A stretch of DNA of 60,139 nucleotides, the filler included, from Jimgerdemannia flammicorona (lineage: Eukaryota): the NCBI GenBank assembly GCA_003990765.1. It is 2 parts of 2 records of this genome, joined end to end, with 100 filler letters (N's around TTAATTAATTAA, not from the genome) between each part and the next. Parts side by side here need not be neighbours in the genome. Positions count along the whole stretch, not along the records: positions 1 to 30,020 come from RBNJ01000458.1; positions 30,121 to 60,139 come from RBNJ01000459.1. The stretch is one strand, 5' to 3'. Positions 25,040 through 38,700 of the stretch are shown in pieces. A model generated the notes under the pieces. It saw only the letters and a program-made list of their open reading frames with translations, had not been told where the DNA came from and made no database searches. Position 1 is the stretch's first letter. The number at the start of each line of letters is the position of its first letter. Both the position numbers and the translations under genes were made by a program.

Positions 25040-27750
25040 TCCAGGAAACTTTATCAAACATTTGGCTAGATTCCACTACCTTCTCACAGATAATCAATGC
25101 CTGTTTGTATAGCGGCTCGGCCTCGCCGTACTCGTTCTGGCTTTGGCATTTTGACGGATCTTTAGCGACTTTTCAAACAGCAGTCGTGCTTGCATTATCC
25201 ACGCGTTGTCTGCATGATTTGATCCAAACGTCTTCTCGCGGATCTCCAGCGCCCGTATGTACAGCGGCTCAGCAGAGCTTGGCCAAAATGTTCATTGACC
25301 ATGCGGTGCGTGGGTTCTCTGATCCAAATATCTTCTCGTGGATCGCCAACACCCTTTCGAAAAGCGCCTTGGCCTTCTTGTAATTGTACTGAATTTTGTA
25401 AACCTCAGCCAAATGGGTCGTCGGCCATACGGTGAGGGTTCTCTGACCCCAACATCTTCTCACGGATCGCCACCACCCTTTCGAATAGCGCCTCGGCCTC
25501 GTTGAACCTGCTCTGACTTCTATAAACCTCAGCCAACTTGTCCATTGACCATGTGGTGTGTGGGTTCACATCTTCGCACGGATCTCGAACAGCGGCTCGG
25601 CCTCGTTGTACTTGCGCTGAATTGTATAAATTGTTCAGTGGTCACGAGGTGTATGGTGCTCTGATCCCATTTTCTTTTCACTGTTCTCCAGCGCCACTTT
25701 GGATATCGACTTGGCCTCTTCGTATATATATACTTGCCAAATTGTTCAGTGACTGCGTAGTGTCCGAATGATATAATTCCAACACCTTCTGGCGGATTGT
25801 CAGCGCCTGATTGCACAGCCGTTCGGCCTTGTCGTATTTGCCCTGATTCTTTTAAAGTATGGTCAGATTTTTTAGTGACTCCGCGGTGTCCTCGTAGTTT
25901 AGGCCCAATGTCTCCTCGCGGATCGTCAGTGCTCGTTGGTACAGTGGCTCAGCCTCGTCGTACTTGGGAGGGTGGCCAAACATTCAAGTGACTTGCGGTA
26001 TCCAGGTATTGCGGCTTCAGCTCCTTCTCATGGATCGCCAGTGCCTGTTTGTACAGCTCCTCGGCCTCAACATAATTGCCCTGATGCAGGTAAAGTGCAG
26101 CGATATTGGCCAATGACATCACGATGTCCAAATGCTTTGAGCCATATACCGCCTTCGAAACTCCAACGGAGAACTGCGTGAGTTTCTCCAAGCCAAAATA
26201 CACTTAATGTTTGAGTTGGAACCGAATTGCTCGATCCAGAAGCCCGCTGAGATATTTCAATATGAGCAGTTTCTGGCTGTTGTCGTCGAGCATTGTGAAA
26301 AAGAAATATATGAGAAAGCTATGCGTTCATGATTCTTCGAGTTAGAGGAGCATATATATCGGAGTCAGAAAAGCAAGCCTCGTTATTAAGCGCAATGACG
26401 AGATTGCGTGCCAAACACAGTCTCTCCTTATCATTCATTATATCGTAAATGACGTTCTGCACGAGGTGGTGTATCGTCAACAGGTCGCACGCTGGACCAC
26501 TTCATTGTCTTTGACGTTCTCGCATGTTTGCGTCACCAAGGAAAATTTGATAAACACCCTAATGGCTCTTTCGATGGCTTGGCGGGGCCCGCTGTTCTCT
26601 TCGCTTGATGATGAAGTTGCGGAATTTGATAAAAGCTTGAGGATAGAGTACTGTCGTTTGAAAAAGCACACAGAAATATTTTCCGCTTGGAGGAAGGCGC
26701 ATGCTTTCAAAATCTTCACGGCCGTTGAGTTTTTGGTTTGGATATGTTCGAGTGAGAGTTGACAGACAGTTGCGACCATGTGTTTATAGACGTCAGAGTT
26801 GTCTTCGTTTTTGTATCTGAGCCGGATGATGCGTTCCTTGCTCTCCTTAAACATGTTCAGATAGTCTTTGAAGGAGCACTGCGCGTCTTCGACGTAGGCA
26901 CGTGCGAGGGCGATTGCGAGGGGCATGTAATCGAGCACGACGGCGATCTCTTGGGCATCAAGGAAACATGCACCTTGCTGGTCGATTGAATCCATGGACG
27001 AAACACCGATAAGAAGAAATATTGCCTCCCGTTCTTGCATCTTGTTGGCGTCAATCTCCATCGTCACCTTGCTTGGAGGGATATTTAAACGCGTGGTGAA
27101 AATGATGTCGCCTCCAGCGCGCGGCAATTACCTGAAAACCTTCTCATTCGTCTCGTAGTCGCCAGCATTGTTCAAGAGAAGCAGCTATTTAGTCCTCTCT
27201 TGAAGCCAAGAACGAACCCATCTAATGGCTTTCACCTCCGAATCTCCCTCCAGTATGGTCTCCTCGTTGAGGCCTAGACTAATGGCCAGTTTGCGGAACG
27301 ACAGGATGGCCGTGCTCCTGCTATCCACCTCTAGCCAGAAAACAAAATCGTACGCGGCGCTGTGGTGGTAACAGTATCGAAGCATCAATTGAGTCTTGCT
27401 CATGCCTCCCTGTCCTGTGAGTGCCAATTTTTTGCATTCGCTGGAAGGGTTGCTACAGCTGAGCGCTTGCTCCATATTTGATATGACGCTTGAACGATTG
27501 ACAAAGGCGTGGTTCTCGGCGGGGACGCCGTGAAAGTAGGATTCGATGTTTGGAGTTATTTTTTTGGAGGGGGATATGTGGTGGAATTAGCCACGGTGCC
27601 CTTGGAATTTTGACGCGATGTAGCAATGCGGTCTCCATGCTCATTGTTAGTCGTTTGCTGACTGCTGGAAACTTTGGTTCTGGTACTGACATCAATGGCG
27701 TTACTTTTCGGAGGACATGGCTGGAAATTAAAGATTCGGCTACAGCGTAA
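25040..27750 (-). pseudogene. Fungal NLR-like NB-ARC + TPR-repeat pseudogene
   Basis: P-loop LALTGQGGMSKTQL, YDFVFWL, Walker B region *LLLLNNA, IIFTTR, LDYMPLAIALA; TPRs such as LANIAALYLHQGNYVEAEELYKQALAIHEKEL and YKKAKALFERVLAIHEKIFGSENPRTA; several in-frame stops and frameshifts. Confidence 0.9.
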
Positions 27751-28307
27751 AAGTAACCTTTAGGCTGTGACGTAGAAAGATTGACGAGGTTGTGTTCCGG
27801 GACCTTAGAAACTTAATTTCAATGGTGGTCCAAGTGAAATGGTTCACAAAATTGTTGCTCGTATGATCCATTTATACATTTCCGCGGTGCATTTCCGCAG
27901 TGCATTTCTGCGATAAGGACATGCGCCTAGTCTATAAAATAAGTTCTACTTGTTTATCTGCACACGTAAAAGTATGTGACTTCTGCACAATCCACCAGTA
28001 AGTATGTTATACTACATGCACAACCTTATTCGCATATTCCCAACAATAAGCAATAATTCTTCATTAATTGCTTCAAGCTCTGCACTCAATGAGCGACTAA
28101 ACCTATGAGATTTAGAGTTGCTCCGGCGAAGGCAGCCCTTGGGTCATGCGAAGATTGTTGATAAGGCTTTTCTGCATTTCGCCTGGTAGCATCTTCATTT
28201 GGCTTGGTTCCGTTAAGCTGTAGGTGGTGTCATAGTCAAATTTTGTGATTGACTATCTTGCATCTATAGTTGATATTATATAAGATAATATCAGATAGAA
28301 TTATAGA

Positions 28308-28600
28308 TAGTGCTCCGAATGGATCAGAGTAATCCGAATCTGATCCGAATCAATTTTATACTCTGAATTGACTCAAAACGCAAAATGAATCTGACGTTTT
28401 GCCTTATAACTCTGTGATGCATCATCCGAATTTAGCCTTCTTGAGCTCATTAGAAATATGTGATATAGGACCTTCTAACAAGCTCAATAATATTAAAATT
28501 GGATGATTTGGATCAATCCAAATCGATTCAAATCAAATCCGAATCAATCCGAATTATGACTTTTTAGTTTCAAGAGATATATATATATTATTAGTAATAT
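28308..28600. mobile_element. hAT-type MITE end (same family as 28912-29261), less mutated, truncated by the retroposon insertion
   Basis: Starts TAGTGCTCCGAA; repeated subterminal (T)CCGAAT motifs; internal hairpin similar to that of the complete copy. Confidence 0.6.
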
Positions 28601-28605
28601 AGTTA

Positions 28606-29874
28606 GTCACTCCTTTCTCCACTATTATACTAATCATAAGGTTTTGGTATGTAACCTTCTGAGTCCCTTTTCCACAACTTTTATCCCCTCTGCCTCAGGT
28701 TGGTTTGCTGTACCTGTTGCAGAATAGTGGGAGAGAGGCAATGGTGATGAGTTGTCCTTGTATTGGTGTCTGATCAGTGCTTCCTCTACTTTTTTATAGT
28801 TTCTGGTACCTCTAGCTGTATTTGAAGTATACTCATTTTGGTGCAGCACTTTCTTTCTTTTGCCATCATCAATAAGGTATCATCTTAGTATATTATAAGC
28901 TATATAGAAAGTAGTGCTCTCAACAAATTGAATCAAAGATCCAATTTGATTCAAGATTTAATTTGAATTCTATTTTTTGAAATATAATAACTCAATGAAA
29001 AAACATCCAAATTTAATAATCTTTAGCTTGTTAGATTTCTCTATATAAAAGGAATCTAACAAGCTAAAGATCATTAAATTTGGATATGTTTTTATTTAGT
29101 TATTATATTTCTAAAAATAGTGTTTGAATCAGACCCTCAATTCAATTCAAATTCAATTCAATTCAAACTTGATTTAAATTGAAAAATTCTCAATTTAATT
29201 TGATTTGAATGATCCTCAATTTGATTCAATTCAAATTGATTTGATTCATTTGAGAGCACTAATAGGGAGTCAGTCAACCTTAGGTATCAAGTACTAGTAT
29301 AGATTATCTGCAGATCTTCAGTATCTATAGTGGGGTCCTCTGAGCTTTAGCAAGCTTCCTGATAAGCACAGTTTTGACATAGATGACTTTTTTTCAGTTA
29401 AAATCAGGATGAGAGAGAAGATAGTTATCACAGATTGAAAGAAGAGTGATTATGATAAATTAGTAGAATATTAGACTAGTGAGAGTCATTAGAGTTAATA
29501 TGAGTACTATATTGGTGGGGTCTTTTAATTAGTGCAGAGTAGTTAGATAGTAGGTGTCACTCTCAGTAACTCTCAATAATATGTAAGATTAGGCTCCAAT
29601 TATTGGAAGTTATTAGAGGGCCCAAGACTACCCAGATTAGGTATCTTGACTATACTTAACTAGAACTGAGAGCTGATATGGCAATATGATTAAGACTTAT
29701 AGACTTGAGTAGTGAGGTATTAGAGATCTTCTCTTATCTTATATATAAGTTCTCTCTTTATCTTATCAGAGAGAACTAGATCCTATTCACTATTCTATTT
29801 TTTTAGGGAGTTTTTCTTTATCTGTTGCTCTATTTGTGATAGCAGAGATTATTCTATTCAGCTTCAGTATGGTT

Positions 29875-29876
<2 letters not shown>
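28606..29876 (+). mobile_element. Non-autonomous retroposon copy 3, older; interrupted by a MITE and cut by a LINE poly(A) end
   Basis: Same 5' start (cactcctttctccacta); colinear with 21611-22525. Confidence 0.85.
28912..29261. mobile_element. hAT-superfamily MITE, complete
   Basis: 12-bp TIR TAGTGCTCTCAA...TTGAGAGCACTA; 8-bp TSD atagaaag/atagggag (uninterrupted host copies read atagggag); long internal palindrome ~28970-29120. Confidence 0.88.
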
Positions 29877-29929
<53 letters not shown>

Positions 29930-32900
29930 GTCACTTGGACTTCTCTTTATTACTCACACTCTATAGATAATACATAAATGCCTCCATCCTCCCTAACCAA
30001 TTCCTTTTTGTTTTTTTTTCNNNNNNNNNNNNNNNNNNNNNNNNNNNNNNNNNNNNNNNNNNNNTTAATTAATTAANNNNNNNNNNNNNNNNNNNNNNNN
30101 NNNNNNNNNNNNNNNNNNNNCCCCCCTCAACCTCCCCCTGCCTGAGCATCACCCAATTACCCACTACCCAAATCCTCCCACCACTCTTCTGGGAGATATA
30201 CTCCACCAGACTCCTGCAGTTCCCCCACCCATCTCCCAATCTTGCCACCAGCTATTCAAAATGTCCAACAGCAACCATTCCCAACAGGCCACCTTATCAC
30301 CAACTCTGATCTGACACCCTTCCTCAAAGACATGAACCCAATGCCCAGCCAATCCAACCCACATAGCCAAAGCCCAACCAAGGGTCAGCTATTCATCCCC
30401 AACCCCACCCACTAGTCGCCAGCAAAGCTCTCTCCATCTCCCCCCACCCTCTCTCTCTAAGGCACCCAGCCCTACCTGGTCTATAATACATCTCCAAAAC
30501 TCCTCCAAAACCTTACATTCGCCAAGCCAATGTTCAGGCATTTGTACCAATCCTCTCTCCTGACCAACATTGAAACAATCCTCACACTTAAAAACTCCAC
30601 CATCCACCAAGTGTCCAGACTAATAGTTCAACATCACATTCCGCCATAGGACCTGCTACCACACTACCCAGAACTTGGGGGGCAGCCACTGCCACACCCA
30701 TTTGCTCCAAAGCCAGAGTCCATTCCAATCCCACTCCTCACTGATTCCAACCCTCTGCCAGGCTTCTGGCCACAGGTCCCCACCTAGGCCTCGCAGACAC
30801 TCCAGACTCTCACCAAGCTGAAAGTCCTCCACTAGAACACCACCCAACAGAAGCCTGTCTCATCACCATATTCGTGGTCCCCAAACCTCCTCAGCTTCAC
30901 CACCTTGCCACTGAAGTCTAATTTTCTTAGCACCATCCACCGCTCCCCACCAAAAGCCCATAAACCTCATCCTCCTGCTCCCTTCCATGGCCACCATTGC
31001 AAGCAGGTCACTGGAGCCACCACGTGGGGAGTACCAAACCTCCCACAACCTCTGCATGAGTGGTACCCACTCCCAACCCCTGAGCTCACTTGCCCTCTAC
31101 AGCCACCAGGCTCTCAGATATAGAAGCTGCTTAGTAAAGTCCACTAGGCCCAGTCCACCTCTTTCCAAGGGCAGTGTGAGCACCTTCCAACCAACCTGGC
31201 TTCACTGCCCTCCCCAGATCCATGACCTTGCCATCTTCAACAACCCCTTGACTACCCAGGTTGGGAAATCCAAATGATATCCAACATACCACAGCTTCGG
31301 CATCCAGTACACATTCAACACCATCACTCTTCCAGCAAGAGACATATGCTGGCCTCCCCATCGCAGTAGAACATCACCCCACTCTAGAAGTTTACTGTCC
31401 CACCATACCTAGGGAAGAAGAGATCCAAACACCGAGAAGTAGATCCCCAAGTAATGCACTGGTTCACCAGCCAGTACCACCATCCCAATAACATTACCAC
31501 CAACAATTCCAGCACTCAGCACCAGCATCTCACATTTGTGCCAGTTTAGTTTAGCACCAGAACCCTGCTCGTACCATTCTATAGTCCTCTATAACTCTCT
31601 CACATCTCCCAAGGAGCCCAGCCCAACCACCATATCATCAGCAAAGGCCCCCACCTTCCAGTTAACCCCTAAAATGTCCAAACCTCCAATCTGATACCGA
31701 ATTCTGTCCAGTAGTGGCTCCAGGGAAAGGGCATACAATATGGGTGACAAGGGATCCCCTTGTAGTACCCCACGTCCCAGGGGAAAGGTCACCCCCCTGT
31801 GGTCATTGATGACCAATACCACCTAACTGTCCTCCAAGAGGCTGATTAATGATCCTCGGAACCCTGGGGGGATACCAATCTGCTTCAGCACTCCCTCCAG
31901 CCATATTCTTCATACTCTATCATAAGCCTTCTCTTGGTCCAGAAATACCAATCTGCCATCCACTTCTGTCACCTGGGCACCTTCAATCACTCCATAAATC
32001 CAGGCTGTCTTATCTCGAATTAACTGACCGCTGACAAACCCACGTTGCTCTACACCAAGCACCTGCTGAGCGATTCCTTGCAGCCTCATTACCAAGATTT
32101 TAGTCACCAGTTTGCGGTCTATGTCGAGAAGCATAATTGGCTGCCAGTTCTTCTAGTTCTCTCACCTCCCCTTGTTCTTATAGAGCAAAGAGACTAGCCC
32201 TAAGCACTGTCCCCCAATCCAAGCACTAGACCAGAGAACTCTATCACACATAGCAGTCATTTCCTCTAGCACCTCACCCACCCCAGTCATCTTCTGCCAA
32301 AAATCCCAGAGAAGTCCATCCTCTCCCGGGGCCGTCCCCTTACTCATTGAGGCCACAACCCTACAAATTTCCTTGCCACTCACTGGGTCTCTCAATGCCC
32401 TAAGTCCCATCACAGGGTCCAGGTGCCAATCCCCCAGCTGCCTTTCAATGTCCAGAGCATCCAATCCCCCTTCCTCCTCACTCCAAAGATTCCCCCACCA
32501 GGTTCTCAATAGGCCCAGAATTGCTAGAGTCCCCACCACCAGCTTGCCATTCACGTCCAAAACTCCCTCCCACCGCTGTCTCGTTTGTTGTACTTGTAAC
32601 AACTGTGACAAGAACCTAGTAGGCCTCTCCCCCTCCTCAAGCCCCTGCCACTGCAATCAAGCTACTATTCTCTGCAACTATACCTCCTCCTCTCTTCATA
32701 GCACCCCTTTGAGCTCCTCCACCTCCTGCCGGGTTCTTGCAATACACCAATCAGTCCCGTCCCCATCCTCCAGTACACCTGCCCATCTCTCTATAAGTGC
32801 TGCCAGATGCTGCAAGGCCCACAGCACCTGCTGCCTTCACTGGGAACACTTTCCTTTCCCTGCTTCCCTCCAATACCTCTGAGCATTCACCTTCAGTCTT

Positions 32901-35779
32901 CTCCAGCAGTCCCCAATCTCCAGACCTTATTCCCGCCACCTGCCAATATTTCCAACCACCTCCATTTCTCAACCCTCCCACAATACTCTATCCTCCAATA
33001 AGGAAGAATTTAGCTACCAATGTCCAGGCCCATCCTCATTTTCCCCAAACCTCTCCCCTCCAAGCAGCCCCCAGTGATCAGACTACGGACACCATACTAC
33101 TTCCAGTACTGACCAGACATCAGCTCCCCAACACTCTGCCATTAGAACCCAGTCAATCCTGGAGCCCAGCCCTGCTGCCCAGTGAGTGTACACCTGCTGA
33201 TCAGCCCAAAAATGTCTTCCTGAGTCTACTAGAGAACACAACCTCTCCATCTCCAACCAGTCACCCAACCCACCACTTTCACCCCATACACCTCTCCCTC
33301 TATCAGTTCTGTCCATCTCATTATCCTGTACCATGTTGAAGTCACCCCCCATACAGTCTAGCCCAACTTCTCTCAATACACCAGCCTCTTTCAATCTGCA
33401 AATCCATTCCACCCTCTCCCCTCTCTCAGCTGGGCAGTAACAAGACCCAACTGTCAGCAAGCCCCATCCAGGCCTCTTCCACACTCCCCACACCACCCGA
33501 GACCCCCAATGTCCAATATCCCCAATGTCCCCCATCCCTTTCTGAATGAGAATACACACTTTCCCCCTCCAAACAGCTGCACCCCCCCATTTCTTAGTCC
33601 AACTCTGTAAGTCCACATCTGCCTCATAACGAACATTCTGCAATAAGAAGAGATCTGCATTTAGTCCCTTAAGCCAACCAAATATATACTTCCTCCTAGC
33701 CACCCCCTGTAACCCATTAATGTTCAATGAGAATATCCTAGTTATACTATTCATATTGAAGAAATATTACAATAGAGACCCCAACCTATAATTCCATACT
33801 CATCTCATCCCCTGCCAGATCCAAGTGCCACTCCACTTCCAAGTCACCCTCCGCATTATCCTGAGCATCCAGTGCCCCCAAGATTTCCTGACATTCCACC
33901 CTATCCACTTCCTCCATATCCGCCTGGTAGTCTAAGCAGACTGCATGCCACTTCTCCAGTCTCTTCCTTGAGTTCCACAAGAAAAGTGCCCTATTGCTTG
34001 CAATCCTCCTAAGTTCCTCCTCTTGCTGATCATCAACTTGATATTCAACCAACTCCAGGAGGACAGCCAGGATCTCATTCCTCATCTTCCTTGACACCTC
34101 TTCCCCCTGAAGTATCTCCTCCCAATGCTTCTCCTCTATCACCCTGAAGTCCTCACCCCCCAGCTCTTCAGCTGCTACCCCTTCCAGGGTCTTCCACATC
34201 CACTTCTCCTCATTCACCGCCTCTGTCACCCCCTGAGCAATCTGTCCCCCATCTACCTCAGGGTCCACCAGCACGCTCCTCCTCACTGACTCATCCCACT
34301 CCTCATCCAACACATCCATCAGCTCCTCCTCCCCCTCTGCTCCATCTGGAACACTATATTGAGGGTGCACACTCTCACCCATTTCGGCATCTGCCTCCAA
34401 ATTGCTCTCCCTCCCCTCCCCCACTTCAATCCAAGCCCCACCCTGGACCATCTCTCTCCCCTCAGCCCAGGCACTCTTCTGCAATCCTGCAACTCCCTCC
34501 TCGGAGCTTCCACTGGCCCTACCCCCACCCAACTTCACCAACAGCTCCTTCTGGATCTTCCTCCCCTGCATCTTCTCTCAGGCCCCCTTCTCCATCTGGA
34601 CCCTCTTTCCATCCACCTCTCCCACCACTGTCCTGGCTTCAAACTCCTTCCAGGCCAATCTCCTCCTTACAACTGCCCCTTCCAGATCCTCCAGAGCCTC
34701 CAACAGGTCCTCCTCCTCCTCCTGGATCCCCTTCACCCTTGTGACCTTATACTCTACTGGTCCCCACCTCAGCATTACTGGCCAGTCCCTCGACTTCCCC
34801 ATATTCTCCTTCCCAGCCAGCCTCACCCTGACATCAACATCGCCAGTTCTAAGCTCTGTACCCTCCCAGACCTTAAACCCAATATCTACAATCTCACCAT
34901 ACTCCTTGATCGCCTCCACAACCAACTCCCTGGTCCTCTTCTTTGATATGGTGGGAAGATCCAACATCATCAACTGCACCACTCAGGGGTCCCAGTGCAT
35001 ATACCGGGCCATAGGGACCACAACCCCACTAACTATCACCTCCTTCTCCATGGCTGCCAACAAGGCGTCTTCCTCCTCAAACCCCACCTCAACCCCTTCC
35101 TTTCCCCTCAAAAACTTCACCAATGCTGCTCCCTTAGCCTCCTGTGCCACCAGCCCCAAAATTATCCTCACCGTCACTGCCAAGCCCCAGAAGCACATTG
35201 TGACCATGAATTCTGACCTCAACTTCTTGAGTAATGGGGCCAACACCATGCCCATTACCCCATCGGTCAGGTCCCCAGGCCTTATACCCACTCCCAGTTC
35301 TGAATTGCCAATCACTATCACATCTGGATTTTTTGCCAGATCCCCAGTCACAGCCCCATCAATAGTCACATCTCCAGCCCCTACTCCCACTCCTCCTCTA
35401 CCACCTGAGACTCCCCTGGGTACACCTTCCTATCCCACAGCAGCAGCTGTCGATGTCATTCCTAGGCCTAGCCAACCATTAAGGCTGGAGGTCATCTTTC
35501 CCATTCTGACCTTGTCAGTGAAGGTCAACCTCTCTCCTCCTCTCTGCCTTAGCCTGCTCCTCCCTCTACCACCAGGTCCTCCGCTAGCCATCGAGGCCCC
35601 CAGCATTCCCAAACCATCTCTCCTCCTCCCCACCTGTTGCCAGCCAAAGGTGCTGTCACCCTCCTGGCCAGTATGCTCACCAGTTTGATTGTTGCCATCC
35701 ATGTTGATAGTCACTGGACACCGAAAATATAGTAAAAAGTATTGTCTGAGTCTTGTGTCATCTGAATGTTACTGGTGAA
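29877..35779 (-). mobile_element. LINE copy 3, subfamily B, apparently full length (spans the scaffold gap)
   Basis: Poly(T) 29877-29926 followed by the family 3' end (tagtcacttggac); ORF2 from 33754 (MNSITRIFSLNINGL...GGDFNMV), RT and zf-RVT; ORF1 ~35610-33786; conserved 5' leader. Confidence 0.93.
30021..30120. other. Assembly gap with artificial TTAATTAATTAA linker
   Basis: 100-nt N-run with a central six-frame-stop 12-mer at 30065-30076. Confidence 0.97.
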
Positions 35780-38700
35780 AGAGTGTGAGAGTGGTATAGC
35801 TTCTAGTGAAAGGGGTTCCTATGGTGACTATTGTAGAGATAAGGAGGAGGGTTGAGAAAGTTATGGCTAAGTATGAAGTGGTGGTCAATATAGGGTTTAG
35901 GGTCTGGGAAGAGACCTCTTTCTGAACAGAGGATGTTGATATCCAGATTTGATTGATAGAGAGAGAGACTATTGGAAAGACTTATGGTTGACCTTCAGTG
36001 ATAGTGTGGAGAGCCTTTGTATACTAGGTGACAAGGATTAAGAGGAGTGAGAAGGAGGAGAAAGACTTGTTAGAGGTACTGAAAGAGCTAAATAGTATAG
36101 TAGAGCAGAGGAAGAAGGCTTGGAAGATATATGTAGAGTTGATATATTTGGAGATTATTGATGGAAGATATATCTATATTAATAAGAGGCTATGGAAGAG
36201 GTCCCAAGGATGTAAGAGACAGAGAGAGCTATTGGTGAGCCTAGAGGGAAAGGAGAAGAGAATTGCTAGTGATACTGAGGATACTAAAGGAGCCAAGATA
36301 AGTGTCTGGGTCAGCAGAAGTAGAGAAAATATAGAGGTGGGTCTGGAGAAGATCAGAAAGGTACTGAGTAAGGACTAGAGAGGTAGAGCTAGCTCTCTGG
36401 TGGATAGAGTATCATAGATTATAGCTCTGATAGAAGACCTGCCTAGAGTATCATGAGAACTTTGAAGAAAAGAAAAATAGGAAACTAGCTGAACTTCTGG
36501 TTAGATTAGAGATAAAGAAGGTTGAAGAGGAGGAGGTGGCTATGGAATACAACTTGGACTTAGCTCAGGATGAGATGAATGTGAAGTTGTAAAGGATACA
36601 TATGAATTTTAATATTATTTCCTATAAATAGTACAATCAACATTTTTTCTTTGAATATAAATAGATTGTGGGATTCAGTTAGGCATCAGAACATTTTTAC
36701 TTAGCTGAAGAGCTTAGAGGCTGATCTCTTTCCTTTGCAGGATGTTAGATATAAAGATGACTTGGACAGACTGTAATAAATGACAGAATGGAGAGGGGTA
36801 GTAGTTTGAAAGAGCAAGATTGGGATCCTGGTTCAGAGAGGTAGAGGGGAGATCTGAGATACAAGGAACTGGAGAGACAAGCTGGTCTGAGGAGAATGGA
36901 TTTGACCAGGTTGAGAGCCAGTTATAGTGGAGTCCTGCTACTGCTCTACTGTATGTGGTGAGAGAGTAGAATAGATGATAGAACTTTAGGAGAATAGGGC
37001 CCTTGTAGAGATAGGAGTGGACATTCTTGAAGGGGACTTTAATATGGTTCAGGATGTGCTAGTTGATAGAACAGATGAAGGGTGGGGGGCTGAGATTAGG
37101 AGCAGGAGTCTGGAGTTATAAGAGAAAGTAGAGAGACTGAGCTCACTGGTGAATACTAGTAGGGGGTTCTGAGAAGATGGAAGAGTTTATATATACTGGA
37201 CAAATAGTCTAGAGATAAGGATTGATTGAGTGCTGATGGCAGTCTGCTGGGGTTTGGATGTTTGAAAGTCACTAGAGGCTGAGTAGTGTCTATGGTCTGA
37301 TTATTAGAGGCTGTTAGGGTAGGGTCACTTTGGGAGGAGTGAGAATGGGTCTGAACATTAGTGTCTCAATTCCTCTTTATTGGCTGAGAAGGTGTTGTGG
37401 GATAAGTGAGCAGAGGATATTCAGCAGAGGTTGGAGGATTGGATATAAGAGGATGTCCCAGTTGATATCTGATAGGTGAGGTTGAAGGAGACTACTAAGA
37501 TCTACTAGAGTGTAGCTAATAAGATAGTTAGAAGATAGAAGAGGAGAAGAGTGACCTGGGCTTTAGTGAGATTGACTGGACTTTTAAAAGATTGGGCAGG
37601 ACTTTTGGTCCTAGAGAAGATGGAGGACTGGAGGGTGATACAGGTGAAACTAGAGGTTATAGAGCTATAACAGATGTTGAGGGAGGAGAAGGAGACATAG
37701 GTGCAGAGTTTGGCTATAAAGCTGTACTGGTAGGGGCTAGAGGAGGGAGAGAGATCCTCTAAGTACCTTTCAAGGACCCTTTAGGCAAGAAGAGTACAGC
37801 AGAGATGAGAGGGGGTTCTCAATTCTGATAGTTTGCTGGTATATAGTTTATAAGATATTCTGAGCTTGCTGAAAGAGAGGTAAAGTGGTTTGTGGAGTAA
37901 GGAGGAGAGTGGGGCTGATACTACTACCATAGAATATGCTTTGGAGAAATAGCATCTACCATAAGTGAATGGACTGAACAGCTTAGTAGTACTGGTATAG
38001 GAGGAGGAAATTTGTCAGATTCTTATTATAACTATGCCAAATATAGCACTGGAAGAGGATAGTCTGCCCTGGGACTTTTAGATGAAGATGGTAGAAGTTT
38101 CAGGAGTACTGAGAGAGTTAATAGCACTTTGTAACTTAGTATTGCAGTCAGGGAGATAGGTGGGTAAGCAGGATCTGAGACTAGTGGTACTGCTTTTTAA
38201 GAATAAGGGTAGGAGAGAGGACTGGAAGAACTGGCAGCCAATTATGCTGCTGAATATAGATAGAAAGTTGATCACTAAGGTAGTAGTAGTAATGCTGCAA
38301 AAGGTAACCCAGCAAGTCTTGGGAAAGGAGCAGTGAGGTTTTATAGAGGGCTGACTAATTAGAGATGATACAGTCTGGGTATATGATATTATTGAAGAGA
38401 CTCAAGCCTGTAGACTAGATGGGAGATTGGTCTTCTTAGATCAGAAGAAAGTATATGACTATATTCACCCGATCTGGCTGATAAAGGTACTGAATAGGAT
38501 TGGTATCCCTTAGTAGTTTCAAGAGATAATAATCAGTCTACTGGAAGGGAGTAGAGTGGCACTTATATATAATGGACATAAAGGGATAGCATTCTCTCTG
38601 GGTAAGGGTATTCTCCAGGGGAACCCACTGTCATCTATTTTATATACTCTATCCTTAGAGCTATTGATGGATAAAATCTGGTAGAAGATAGTAGAGCTCT

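Noticed and set aside
30065..30076. TTAATTAATTAA palindrome inside the N-run
   Set aside because: Artificial contig linker. It also means the LINE 3' end left of the gap may belong to a different copy.
34402..35688. 428-aa ORF (and 327-aa ORF 9713-10696) antisense to LINE ORF1
   Set aside because: Shadow frames of a C-rich strand with few stops; low-complexity Ser/Pro/Thr content and no consistent start among copies.
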